Of a stretch of DNA of 53,584 nucleotides, positions 26,961-36,491 are shown in pieces. The position numbers were made by a program, and so were the translations under genes. Within the stretch, counting starts at the first letter, position 1, and each line of letters opens with the position of its first letter. This DNA comes from Patescibacteria group bacterium. Lineage in GTDB: Bacteria; Patescibacteriota; Patescibacteriia; JAGVFQ01. The DNA lies in contig JAGVFQ010000057.1 of NCBI GenBank assembly GCA_020057505.1, positions 1 through 53,584 on the forward strand, read 5' to 3'. The notes beneath the pieces were generated by a model. It was not told where the DNA came from. It saw only the letters and a list, made by a program, of their open reading frames with translations, and made no database searches.

Positions 26961-27611
26961 TTAGGACGGTAAAACAATACAATCTTTAATTCTAAAATCC
27001 CCCACTCTTGTCCGTTCCAAACCAACGAGATAACCGCCCGAGCCCAGTTCCCGGCCAATGTCGCGCGCAATGGAACGAATATAGACTCCCGGACCGGTTT
27101 CGATTCGCAGATCCAAAAATGGCCATTCATATTTTAATAATTCAATCTTTTTAACTTCTACCCGTCTTTTGTCCATCACCACCCCTTTACCTTCACGCGC
27201 TAGTTTGTAAGCTCGCTCGCCTTTGATTTTTATCGCGCTAAACACCGGCGGCGCCTGCATGATTTTACCTTCAAATTGGAGAATAATTCTCTGGACATCT
27301 TCAAGCGACGGAATTTTATCTGTCTTCACTAAAGTCTTTTCGCCCTCCTCATCATCAGTCGTGCTTTCTATCCCTAATTTAATATTAGCTAAATATTCCT
27401 TTCCGGCTTGGACGGAATTGTGCAATTCTTTCGTCGCCTCGCGGCCGATCCCCACCACCAAAACGCCGCTCGCCAAAGGATCGAGCGTCCCCGCGTGGCC
27501 GATCTTTTTCACGCCGATTAATTTCCGCAATTTGCTAATCATGCCAAAAGAGCTGATGCCTTTTGGTTTATAGACCGCTATCGTGCCTTTGAGATTTTCT
27601 AGATTGTTCAT
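26961..27611 (-). CDS. truB: tRNA pseudouridine(55) synthase TruB
   Basis: KPKGISS, GHAGTLDPLASGVL, PPVFSAIKIKG, GVYIRSIARD, LERTRVG. Confidence 0.95.
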   Translation of the reverse strand: MNNLENLKGTIAVYKPKGISSFGMISKLRKLIGVKKIGHAGTLDPLASGVLVVGIGREATKELHNSVQAGKEYLANIKLGIESTTDDEEGEKTLVKTDKIPSLEDVQRIILQFEGKIMQAPPVFSAIKIKGERAYKLAREGKGVVMDKRRVEVKKIELLKYEWPFLDLRIETGPGVYIRSIARDIGRELGSGGYLVGLERTRVGDFRIKDCIVLPS

Positions 27612-27625
27612 ATTGATTTCAGAAT

Positions 27626-27720
27626 CCCCCCCTACCCCTTTGACAAAGGGGCGTTGTTTATCCCTACTTCAATCGTGAATTAATAGTTCCCCCTTAGCAA
27701 AGGGGGCCAGGGGGTTGTTT
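27626..27720. repeat. CCCCTTAGCAAAGGGG REP-like pair
   Basis: CCCCTTTGACAAAGGGG and TTCCCCCTTAGCAAAGGGGGCCAGGGGGTTGTT; the latter is near-identical to 52772-52803. Confidence 0.7.
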
Positions 27721-27775
27721 ACTACAATACTTCTCAAATCCTACAATCCACAAATCTATAACATGGAGCACAGTA

Positions 27776-28453
27776 TTATTTCCTTAATCTTCTCTGCACG
27801 GCCGGACTTTCTAGTTCTCTCAGGGCGTCCTTCGCAATCCAACGCGCTGATTTAGAATTAATTTTAAGAATTTCTCTAGAGATTTTAATCGCCGCTTTAT
27901 TTAAAGCTAAATTTCTTTTGCCAATCTGTCGCAGAGCCCAATTGACCGCTTTCCGCACAAAATTTCTTTCGTCAATAGAATATTTTTTGATCAAAGGAAA
28001 AAATTGAATAAATTTTTTATCATCCGCTTTTTTATCATGAACCGCGAGCGAAGCCATCATGGCAAACCCCGCGCGCCGGACAAATTCTTCTTTTTCCCCG
28101 GCCCATTCGCGAGTTTTGGAAAAAGCTAGAGAAGTTTTATCAAACAAATTCATTATGACCTGATCGCAGACATCCCAGGAATCAAAATCTTCCACCCACT
28201 TATTTATTTGCTTTTCCGTGACTAACTTCGGATCGTCGATTAAACCAGCCAAAATCCTCGCTTCGTGAATGCCCGACTCCCAGAACCGAAGCGCTAACCC
28301 ATGGTTTTTGCCAATCTTTTTTGCCAATTGGCGGAGGATTGGCATACTAACTCCCAAAGTATTTTGGGAACTAATACCGAATCTCGCCATACCCGCTACA
28401 TTATGAGGATTAGCTTCTGATTTTAACTTTCTGATTATTTCCTGATAATTCAT
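27776..28453 (-). CDS. DNA alkylation repair protein (AlkD-like)
   Basis: DFDSWDVCD, EFVRRAGF, DERNFVRKAVNWALRQIGKRN. Confidence 0.9.
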   Translation of the reverse strand: MNYQEIIRKLKSEANPHNVAGMARFGISSQNTLGVSMPILRQLAKKIGKNHGLALRFWESGIHEARILAGLIDDPKLVTEKQINKWVEDFDSWDVCDQVIMNLFDKTSLAFSKTREWAGEKEEFVRRAGFAMMASLAVHDKKADDKKFIQFFPLIKKYSIDERNFVRKAVNWALRQIGKRNLALNKAAIKISREILKINSKSARWIAKDALRELESPAVQRRLRK

Positions 28454-28548
28454 AAATTTTGTTTTATTATACGATTAAAATCCATTTTTATCAACTAGAA
28501 AATTTGTTCTCCGTCGCCCACGAGCGAAGAAGAAAAGCCTCGGCTTAA

Positions 28549-28588
28549 TTCAAAAACCGCTCCAATAATCATCGGAACGGTTTTTGAA
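28549..28588 (-). terminator. Intrinsic terminator ending the ABC exporter operon
   Basis: TTCAAAAACCGCTCC/GGAACGGTTTTTGAA inverted repeat. Confidence 0.6.
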
Positions 28589-28606
28589 ATTTAATATTTA
28601 AAAATA

Positions 28607-29023
28607 TTAACTGGCAATATTGGGACGCAATTGTATGGTTTTTGCCGCTACGCTTCCATCCTGGTTGGCGCTACCATCAACCATAACGTTATCCCCCACC
28701 TTGAGTTCGTCTATGGTTCCAGCGGCAGTTTTGGTGATTTGCGTCATATCGGAAAAGAAAATAATCTTTGAACCGCCGTCGCTAACTTTTACCGTTATGC
28801 TTTCTTCGTCTTTGCCTAATATTTCACCATTTACAAAACCGGATCCAGTTGAATTTCCAGATGTTTTGCCTTGCTCACGAAAATTTTGGCCGCCAAAATT
28901 AGGAGGTACGCCCAGCTTTCTATCCGCAGATTTTTTACTCTCGGCATATTTCATTCCGCCAAAAAATCCCCCGCAACCAGCCATAATAATTATGGCAATT
29001 AAAATTGGCAAAATTTTTTTCAT
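28607..29023 (-). CDS. Membrane-anchored OB-fold (DUF5666-like) accessory protein
   Basis: TM helix, GEILGKDEESITV, LKVGDNVMVDG...AKTIQL. Confidence 0.7.
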   Translation of the reverse strand: MKKILPILIAIIIMAGCGGFFGGMKYAESKKSADRKLGVPPNFGGQNFREQGKTSGNSTGSGFVNGEILGKDEESITVKVSDGGSKIIFFSDMTQITKTAAGTIDELKVGDNVMVDGSANQDGSVAAKTIQLRPNIAS

Positions 29024-29044
29024 AATTTTTGGTTTTTAATTTAA

Positions 29045-30262
29045 TTATTCATATCTTAAAGCCGTAATCGGATTCAATTTGGCCGCCCGGCGCGCCGGGT
29101 AATAGCCGAAGATGATACCAATAGCGGCTGAAACGCCAAAAGCCAATAAAACCGAAGTCAAAGAAACTTTTGTCGCCACACCGCTGAATTTCGTCACCGC
29201 GATCGAGGCGAGCCAGCCGATGAAAATGCCCACTGCGCCGCCGATAAAAGTGAGCATCACGGCCTCAACCAAAAATTGAAGACTAATATCCTTTCTTTTA
29301 GCACCAATGGCTTTGCGGAGACCAATTTCTCGCGTTCTTTCTGTAACGGTCGTAAGCATCATATTCATGATGCCGATGCCGCCGACAATCAAAGATATAC
29401 CAGCGATCGCCCCGAGTAACAACGTAAGAGTATCAGTAATTGATGAAGCGCTAGCCACAATATCAGCTTGATTCATTATTCGAAAATCAGCATTGTCCGG
29501 ATTGGAAATATTATGCCGACTAAGTAAAAGATTCGTCACCTGTGCCTGGAGCTCAGTCATTGATTCCGCGTCCTGCGCTTGAATATTAATCGTGCTAAGA
29601 TAATTATTGCCGACTAAAAATTTTTGGGCGGTTGAAAGCGGAATAAATATCATATCATCTTGGCTGCCCATGCCAGTCCCGCCCTTGGCCTTGGTCACGC
29701 CGATAACTTTGAATTCTATTCCTTTAATTCGAATTACTTGGCCAACGGCGTCCACTCCTTCGCCAAAAAGATCATCCCTCGCGCCGGAACCCAACACCGC
29801 TACCTTGGACATACTTTTAACGTTTTGATCAGAAATAAAATAACCCAAATCTATCTCAACGTTTCTGATAACCGGATATGACGCAACCGTGCCCACGACT
29901 GAAGTATTGGTATTTTTGCCCTTGCTCGTCACCTGATACCGGCCGGAAACTTCTCCGGCTACTGCCTTGGCCGTGGGAACCTCCGCGGCTATGGCATCCG
30001 CGTCAGCCAAAGTAAGCGACTGGGAAGATCCCCATCCGGAACTAACCCCTGACGATTTCTGCGTTCCGGGCATCACTTCCACGAGATTCGAACCCATGGA
30101 TTGGATATTAGACTGAATCGAACCGGAAGCGCCCTGGCCAATAGAAATCATAGCGATAACCGAACCAATACCAATAACAATACCGAGAATGGTGAGACCT
30201 GATCGCGCCTTATTGGCAAGTAAGGCCAAGGAAATTTCTTCAAACAAATCAGAAATTTTCAT
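29045..30262 (-). CDS. MacB/FtsX-like ABC transporter permease
   Basis: RSGLTILGIVIGI, GGIGIMNMML..VTERTREIGLRKAIGA, YPARRAAKLNPITALRYE. Confidence 0.93.
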   Translation of the reverse strand: MKISDLFEEISLALLANKARSGLTILGIVIGIGSVIAMISIGQGASGSIQSNIQSMGSNLVEVMPGTQKSSGVSSGWGSSQSLTLADADAIAAEVPTAKAVAGEVSGRYQVTSKGKNTNTSVVGTVASYPVIRNVEIDLGYFISDQNVKSMSKVAVLGSGARDDLFGEGVDAVGQVIRIKGIEFKVIGVTKAKGGTGMGSQDDMIFIPLSTAQKFLVGNNYLSTINIQAQDAESMTELQAQVTNLLLSRHNISNPDNADFRIMNQADIVASASSITDTLTLLLGAIAGISLIVGGIGIMNMMLTTVTERTREIGLRKAIGAKRKDISLQFLVEAVMLTFIGGAVGIFIGWLASIAVTKFSGVATKVSLTSVLLAFGVSAAIGIIFGYYPARRAAKLNPITALRYE

Positions 30263-30274
30263 AATTAATAAAAA

Positions 30275-30970
30275 TTACTTACTTTTTTTAGTATTTTTAC
30301 TATCTTCCACAATAACGCCATCGCGAATAGTAATAATCCGATCAGCGTGTTCGGCCACTTCCCTTTCATGAGTAATAAGAATAATTGTATGGTGTTGTTC
30401 TTTATTAAGCGCTTCAAAAGTATCGAGAACGATCTCGCCAGTTTTGCTATCAAGATTGCCGGTCGGCTCATCCGCGAGAATCAAAGAAGGATTGTTGACG
30501 AGCGCCCGAGCGATCGCCACGCGCTGCATTTGTCCGCCGGAAAGCTGATTGGTCAAATGATAGAAATGCAATTCATCCAAGCCGGCATTCTTCAAAGATT
30601 CTTTGGCTTTTATCTCGCGATCTTCCTTGCTAACGCCGGCGTAGACTAAAGGCAACATAACATTGCGTAAAACAGTTGATCTTGCGAGCAAATTAAATGA
30701 TTGGAAGACAAAACCGATTTTCTTATTCCTGATATCGGCTAATTCATCATCAGAAAAATCTGAAACATTTTTCCCATCAAGCAAATAACTGCCGCTCGTT
30801 GGCGTATCGAGCGCGCCCAAGATATGCATGAGAGTCGATTTGCCCGACCCAGATGGTCCAATAATGGCCACAAACTCTCCATCATCAATTTTAAAAGACA
30901 ACCCCTTGAGAACCGTCGCCTCGCCCGCGCCGCTCGAATAAGTTTTAGCTATATTTTTACATTCAATCAT
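30275..30970 (-). CDS. MacB/LolD-like ABC transporter ATP-binding protein
   Basis: [28 protein letters not shown]. Confidence 0.95.
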   Translation of the reverse strand: MIECKNIAKTYSSGAGEATVLKGLSFKIDDGEFVAIIGPSGSGKSTLMHILGALDTPTSGSYLLDGKNVSDFSDDELADIRNKKIGFVFQSFNLLARSTVLRNVMLPLVYAGVSKEDREIKAKESLKNAGLDELHFYHLTNQLSGGQMQRVAIARALVNNPSLILADEPTGNLDSKTGEIVLDTFEALNKEQHHTIILITHEREVAEHADRIITIRDGVIVEDSKNTKKSK

Positions 30971-30991
30971 AGAATATTTTTTCTTTCAAAA

Positions 30992-32920
30992 CTATCTGCC
31001 TTGCGGCCCTCCTCCCATATCAAATAAGGATTTAGACGATGGGCTGGTTCCGCTAGTTGACGAGCTAGACGAACTAGATGAAGTGACGGTTCTCACGATT
31101 ATCTCGTCACCTTCATTAAGGCCTGAAGTAATTTCAGTTGAAGTGTCGTTGGCGATGCCAATCTCCACCTGCTTAGTCTTGGGGGCTTTTTGAAGAGTGG
31201 TACTGCTCGTCCCCGACGTATCGGACGACACCTCTTCATCCGGCATTTCAACATAACTGATATTATTAGAAAATTTAATGGCGGAGCTCGCAACCGTAAT
31301 GACATTCTGTTTCATATCAGTGATAATCGAAGAGGAAACGCTCATACCGGGTTTCACTCGTTCGTCTTGCGTGTCAAAAATTATTTTAACAGTATAAGTA
31401 ACCACGCCCTGGGAAACGGTTCCGAGCGTATCAATTTCCGCCACTTCACCGCTGATAGTCAAACCTTCAACGGCATCAAAAGTCAGGGTAACTTTTTGTC
31501 CAACTTTGACTTTGGCCGCGTCAACTTCATTTAAAGAAATTTCCGCTATGCGTTGTTTGGTTATTAAAGTCGCTATAGCCGCGCCCGAAGACACATCATC
31601 GCCCTTTTTAATATCAATAGCGGCAATAATGCCGTTAAAAGGAGCTTTGATAGTATAATCAGCTAGTGTTTCGCGCGCATCTACAAGAGAATTCTCGCGT
31701 TGCTTTACCGCAAGCTCTTGCGTTTGAATATCAAATTCATCTGCGTCCGCTTTGAGATTAGCGAGAGATAATTCCTTTTCTTTAACCGAGGCCTCGGACG
31801 CCGCCAAATCCAGAGGATTATTTTGTTCCATTTCGGTTAAATCTCTTTTCGCATTAATCAAAGCATCTTGATAATTTTTGATCGCGCCCTCGGCCGCGAG
31901 TAAACTCGAAATATGCCCGTTAGTTTGGCCGATATAGGTGCTAAGCGACGACTGGTAGGTCGTAACTTTGGCCAGAGTCGACCAATGATGATCGGAGCGG
32001 CTGTCCACCCAAGCATCAAACAAATTGCTTTGGCTTTTTGCAGCTTGAGCAATGGCGGTGGTGGTATCTTCGGTTTCTTTTAATAAAGAATCAATTACCG
32101 CTTCGTCGGAATATCTGGTTGCCGTTTTATAATCTTCAAAATTAGCGTCATATTTAGCGCGAGCGATTTTGTAGTCGCTTTGCGCCGTCGCGAGCAGCGC
32201 CTGAATTTTGTCCCGATCGTCAAGATGTGTGGAATTAATAATCGCAGCGCTATTGTCCTGACTGGAACCGAGCGTGACTTCGCTCGCGCCGATTTCATAG
32301 CTATAAAGAATATCATTGAGTTTGGACATCACCGTGGGCAAATCCAAAAAAGTATCGGAGATAGTGTTAAATGAATCGCCATAGGCGGTAGTAATATCTT
32401 CTCCCGCTTTTTCTTCGGCTTCCTCGGCTTTTAGATAATCAGTCGCTTGGGATAATTTGAGTTTTTCCAAACTATTCTTCGCGCTCGCGAGCGAATTCTC
32501 CGATTGCATTATTTCGTATGCCGTAGCCGGCAATTTTATTTTTTCGAGCGACAATTTGGCGCTATCAAGACTCGCCTGAGCGTCACGCACCGTCTTATAT
32601 GCTTCTTTGGCGTTCAATTGCGCAATAATTTCATTAGCTTTGACTTCCTGGCCGTTTTTCACATTGACCGTAAGCGCGGCGCCGGACACTTTTGATGTGA
32701 TATCGACTTGATCTAAAACCGTAATTTGACCGCTGCCGGAAACCGAAGTGATGATTGTACCCCTTTCTACGGCAGCCAAAACATATTTAGTCGCGACTGT
32801 GCTACTGCCAAAAGATTTCACGGCGAAATAACCGCCCAAAAATAATACAATAATCATAACCACGGCGGTAATTTTTCTTTTCCGGATAAATTTAATAATC
32901 TTCTTGATCATATTCATCAT
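30992..32920 (-). CDS. MacA-like membrane fusion/adaptor protein with long coiled coil
   Basis: TM anchor, lipoyl halves (SKVSG; IKAPFNG), long helical hairpin, VKPGMS, GLNEGD. Confidence 0.88.
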   Translation of the reverse strand: MMNMIKKIIKFIRKRKITAVVMIIVLFLGGYFAVKSFGSSTVATKYVLAAVERGTIITSVSGSGQITVLDQVDITSKVSGAALTVNVKNGQEVKANEIIAQLNAKEAYKTVRDAQASLDSAKLSLEKIKLPATAYEIMQSENSLASAKNSLEKLKLSQATDYLKAEEAEEKAGEDITTAYGDSFNTISDTFLDLPTVMSKLNDILYSYEIGASEVTLGSSQDNSAAIINSTHLDDRDKIQALLATAQSDYKIARAKYDANFEDYKTATRYSDEAVIDSLLKETEDTTTAIAQAAKSQSNLFDAWVDSRSDHHWSTLAKVTTYQSSLSTYIGQTNGHISSLLAAEGAIKNYQDALINAKRDLTEMEQNNPLDLAASEASVKEKELSLANLKADADEFDIQTQELAVKQRENSLVDARETLADYTIKAPFNGIIAAIDIKKGDDVSSGAAIATLITKQRIAEISLNEVDAAKVKVGQKVTLTFDAVEGLTISGEVAEIDTLGTVSQGVVTYTVKIIFDTQDERVKPGMSVSSSIITDMKQNVITVASSAIKFSNNISYVEMPDEEVSSDTSGTSSTTLQKAPKTKQVEIGIANDTSTEITSGLNEGDEIIVRTVTSSSSSSSSTSGTSPSSKSLFDMGGGPQGR

Positions 32921-32928
32921 AAAATATA

Positions 32929-33432
32929 TTAAATGCCCCTTCCGTTAATCGGAGGCATCGGCGGCAAAAGCCTGATTAACTTTGCCTCGATTTGGCCTTG
33001 CGCGTTCGGCTCGCCGATGACGACAACATATTCGTCTATTTTCAAATCCGTTGATTTCAGTTTGTCCGTCGGACCACTGATCGTCGTGTCTTCTTTAAGT
33101 AAAATAACTTTTTCCACGTCGTTTCGTCCCTTAATAACCAAAGTCGAGCCGTCAATTTTTATGATTTGCCCGGTAGTGCCATTGGCGTCGATAAAATCCC
33201 GATCGCCGAAACCTTTCATGAACCCCTCTCTCGGCCCGCCAAAATTCTGATGATAATTATCGCTCCAGCGGCAAGAAAAATCCGCCTTCCTCACGCCGAC
33301 CATTGTGCCAGCCTTGAAAACTAAAAGCAGAATAATAAATGCGCCAATGCCGCAAATGATTCCTAGGAATATTTTTGACTGTCCTCCCGAGGCGGATCCG
33401 CCTGCGGTGGAAAAAATTTTATTCAGATCCAT
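32929..33432 (-). CDS. Membrane-anchored DUF5666-like protein with an in-frame palindromic insert
   Basis: TM helix, WSDNYHQNFGGP, GQIIKID, VVVIGEPN..GQIEAKLIR; STAGGSASGG insert near the N-terminus. Confidence 0.7.
   Translation of the reverse strand: MDLNKIFSTAGGSASGGQSKIFLGIICGIGAFIILLLVFKAGTMVGVRKADFSCRWSDNYHQNFGGPREGFMKGFGDRDFIDANGTTGQIIKIDGSTLVIKGRNDVEKVILLKEDTTISGPTDKLKSTDLKIDEYVVVIGEPNAQGQIEAKLIRLLPPMPPINGRGI
33382..33411. repeat. 30-bp palindromic element inside a coding sequence
   Basis: TCCTCCCGAGGCGGATCCGCCTGCGGTGGA with perfect 14-bp core AGGCGGATCCGCCT. Confidence 0.7.
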
Positions 33433-33484
33433 AGATTTGCATTCTCCGAAGCCCTCCGAATTATTTCTGAGGACGAAGGATAAA

Positions 33485-33901
33485 TTAACTTATTAATTTA
33501 GTTGAATTAAAAAATAATTTAATATTATTTGCCAAAAGCTTGAGTAATTCCATAAGCAACAAAACTGAACCCAAGAATACTGTGAGGCTCACTACGGGCA
33601 AAGTCTCAAGCAAAGTCAAACCGAAATTACGCCAATACAAAACCACGCTCGAAAAATCCGAAAAAAGCAGAGAGAAGAATTGAAAGAAACCCGATTCCGC
33701 GAAACCGGCTCGCGCCATTTGCAGCGTAAAAATAAAAGCAACAATTGAAAAAACCGTGCCAACCGAAAAAAAAGCGATTCTTCGTTTGATGCTCCGCAAT
33801 CGGCGTTCATTTTGAATTCTTTGAATTATTTTACCAAATAGCCCGCCCGAAAGTTCCGGGTCTGTCAAATGGCTAAATAATTTTTCGTAATCTTCGCGCA
33901 T
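33485..33901 (-). CDS. Putative membrane anti-sigma factor
   Basis: Directly downstream of the ECF sigma; short cytoplasmic helix then 2-3 TM segments. Confidence 0.6.
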   Translation of the reverse strand: MREDYEKLFSHLTDPELSGGLFGKIIQRIQNERRLRSIKRRIAFFSVGTVFSIVAFIFTLQMARAGFAESGFFQFFSLLFSDFSSVVLYWRNFGLTLLETLPVVSLTVFLGSVLLLMELLKLLANNIKLFFNSTKLIS

Positions 33902-34025
33902 AATATTTATTTAAAGACTAAAGTTCATTTATCCGGGAAACCCGCGAAAGCTCCCCCCGCAAACGAGTATCTTTTAAAATACAAATGAGAGGGGGGATGA
34001 CTTTGGGGCGAGGTGCTGAAAAAGC

Positions 34026-34074
34026 AAAAAAGACCTCTATATAACTTATACGGATGAGGTCTTGTTTCGGGTGC
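34026..34074 (-). promoter_or_regulatory. Putative ECF promoter (GCACC-17-CGTAT) overlapping an intrinsic terminator
   Basis: Minus strand: GCACC (34074-34070), CGTAT (34052-34048); hairpin AAGACCTC/GAGGTCTT plus T-run. Confidence 0.45.
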
Positions 34075-34077
34075 GTC

Positions 34078-34641
34078 TTATTCGATAATTTTCCTTAATT
34101 CTACAAGCGCCCGGCGATGGCGGCTTTTTGTGGTATTTACTGATTCGCCCAATATTTCGGCAATTTCAGCCAAATCAAGCTCGTCATGATAGTGTAAATA
34201 AATAACTTCCCGACATGCAGATGACAATTTTTCCATGGCTTGATTCAACTCTTCAGCCAAATTCTCGCGATCAAATAATTCCGGCGCGAGCGGCGCCAAA
34301 TCCGCCAAATTGTCAGCAATACTATTATCCCCTTCCTCGTTTTCAAACTTCGACAATGGGATATTTTTTTTCTTCCGCAAATAATCAATGCTTGCGTTCT
34401 TAGCGATACTGTAAAGCCAAGTTTTAAAATTTCTTTTTTGATCAAACTTTTTAAAACTTTTCCAAACCTTAAAAAAAACCTCCTGCGTCACGTCTTCAGC
34501 ATCCGCTGGATTGCCGATATAACGATAAACAAAACCATAAATCGATTTCAAATATTTCTGAATCAAAATCTCAAGCGATTCGAGATCGCCGGCCAAATAT
34601 TGGCTAATCAATTTTTTATCGCCTTCTTCAAACGTTGCCAT
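34078..34641 (-). CDS. ECF (group 4) sigma-70 factor
   Basis: DAEDVTQEVF, FKTWLYSIAKN..IDYLRK (region 2), EIAEILG..VNTTKSRHRRA (region 4). Confidence 0.93.
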   Translation of the reverse strand: MATFEEGDKKLISQYLAGDLESLEILIQKYLKSIYGFVYRYIGNPADAEDVTQEVFFKVWKSFKKFDQKRNFKTWLYSIAKNASIDYLRKKKNIPLSKFENEEGDNSIADNLADLAPLAPELFDRENLAEELNQAMEKLSSACREVIYLHYHDELDLAEIAEILGESVNTTKSRHRRALVELRKIIE

Positions 34642-34708
34642 AATATTTCATGCTACAACAAATTTGAGAAAAAATCAATAATCGGCTGATTCGTTTTTAA
34701 AATTAAAA

Positions 34709-34739
34709 AATTAAAATCGCCTTGATGGCGATTTTAATT
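34709..34739. terminator. Intrinsic terminator
   Basis: AATTAAAATCGCC/GGCGATTTTAATT perfect stem. Confidence 0.65.
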
Positions 34740-34790
34740 ACAAACCGATATGTCTCAGTTGAGAGTGTTTTTTTTGAAAAATAAAAAATT

Positions 34791-35353
34791 TTACAATCTA
34801 TTTACTTTTTCTTCCAATAAGTTAATATCTCTCATGAGGCGCTTAACGCTTTTAAAATATAATGATTTAATTTTTCTTGAAGTTTCTGATCTTTGATATT
34901 ATCTCGATATTTTAAATAATTTTTATAATATGGCCTGACTTCCGTCGTTAATAAGCGTGGTTTTAATGATTTTTTTGTAGTTTGGTGTAATTTCTTGAAC
35001 CATCTTGCCATTTGTACTATAAAATCATTAGTGGGATTATTTTCAGATGGATGCTTTCCCTCGATAAATTCTTCAACAAAATAATTATTAGAAATAATTT
35101 TATGTGAAGCGTCAAAAAATATTACTTTTGGCCATAATCCTGATTTTGCTATTTTCAAAAATTCAAATTCTTTCTTCAGATTTTTGAATTGCTGATTATC
35201 TTCAACTCTTATAGCATACTTATTTTTAGTGGTTTCCAAAAGATAATTAGAATTATGATTCCCTTTAGCCAGAAATGAGAATCTAATTAGATTCTCATTT
35301 AATTTCTTACAAATTTGTTCAACTTGATGTTTATTTAATTTTTCTTTGTTCAT
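34791..35353 (-). pseudogene. Truncated aminoglycoside/choline-kinase-like (APH) phosphotransferase
   Basis: KGNHNSNY, YAIR, KEFEFL, EEFIEG, KKLH N-lobe present. Stops at 34832 before any HxD/DW catalytic motif; a short out-of-frame tail runs to 34791. Confidence 0.6.
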
Positions 35354-35357
35354 AAAC

Positions 35358-35651
35358 CTATTTAACATAGTGAAATTTTTTGCCGCTTATATTTTCCAGA
35401 AGTTCAACGGTCGCCAAGACAGACGGATTGTCCGTCGGCAATAAAACAAGCCGATTACTTAATTGATCAAGCAGCGGAATTAAAAACTCATCGCCCCAAG
35501 ATGGGGAAAAGGTAATAACGTCGTCAAAATCTATTTCCAGATTTTCATTGCCGCCGAGTTCTCCAAGTGTCGATTGAAAAGCGGCTAGCGCTTCTTTGCC
35601 CGCCTGTCGGGAAACCAAGGTTGTTCCAAATTTTTTTAGTTCTATTTTCAT
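35358..35651 (-). CDS. STAS-like (DUF4325-type) protein
   Basis: LVSRQAG, IDFDDVITFSPSWGDEFL; downstream of an HATPase-like gene. Confidence 0.8.
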   Translation of the reverse strand: MKIELKKFGTTLVSRQAGKEALAAFQSTLGELGGNENLEIDFDDVITFSPSWGDEFLIPLLDQLSNRLVLLPTDNPSVLATVELLENISGKKFHYVK

Positions 35652-35680
35652 ATAATTATACTAAATACTTAAATCTTAAA

Positions 35681-36400
35681 TTAAAATCTAATAATTGCCA
35701 AACAGCCGCGAATATTTTCTCGAGCGCGCGTAATTCCAATGTCAGACTGCCCCTCCTCTAGTCGTAGCTCACCATCGCCGCTATTGAAAAACAATCTCAT
35801 TGAATTATCGGTGATGACTTTGCGGACAAATTTTAATCCGTTGCCGCGCTTTTCAGGATCGCGCCCGGAAATGATTTCAGTAAAAGCCATCTCTAGCGCG
35901 TCAAGATGATTTTTGAGTTCGGGCCGGACGCGACTAAGCGTCCCCAAAACTCCCAACCCTCGGTCGGCCAAGACCACCAGCCGCTTATAAAGATCATAGC
36001 CAAAAAATATTCCCGGCGCATCAGGCCATTTACCTAAATTATGATCAAAAGAATTATTTCCAATCTCTCCCGCCACCGCCACGATAAGAGAAACTAATCT
36101 AGAAAACTGCGGCAACTGAAGCAAGTCGTTCTGCAATTTGATAAGCCTGGCTTGAAAAACCGCACTATTAGAGCAATAAAATTCGGCTGGCAGTTCTTGG
36201 CCTTTTCTCGTCCATTCACAGGCAAGCCCAATAAGATCGCTCGCAAAAACTTCTAAATCTTTTTTGGCATAATACCGATGAACACCGCCAGCTTTTCTAA
36301 TCGCGACTAACTTTTCGCTCTTATCCCAGCGGCGCAAGGTGTCAATAGAAACCTCTAAAAATTTAGCGGCTTCGCTTATACTTAATAACTTTTCTTCCAT
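35681..36400 (-). CDS. MerR/excisionase-type HTH fused to a GHKL/HATPase-like domain
   Basis: LSISEAAKFLEVSIDTLRRWD...HRYY; EIGNNSFDH (N box), ADRGLG (G1), RGNGL (G2). Confidence 0.82.
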   Translation of the reverse strand: MEEKLLSISEAAKFLEVSIDTLRRWDKSEKLVAIRKAGGVHRYYAKKDLEVFASDLIGLACEWTRKGQELPAEFYCSNSAVFQARLIKLQNDLLQLPQFSRLVSLIVAVAGEIGNNSFDHNLGKWPDAPGIFFGYDLYKRLVVLADRGLGVLGTLSRVRPELKNHLDALEMAFTEIISGRDPEKRGNGLKFVRKVITDNSMRLFFNSGDGELRLEEGQSDIGITRARENIRGCLAIIRF

Positions 36401-36491
36401 ATTAACTTCAGTATAGCATAGTTTATAAAACTAGGCAAGTCTTAGATAAAACTATGCAAAATTATATCAAACTAGGGAAAAATAAGTTAAA

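Noticed and set aside
36454..36491. ATG 36454 as the true start of an intact recombinase
   Set aside because: The first codons lie in the phased-repeat promoter region, and the catalytic serine and recombinase domains are missing.
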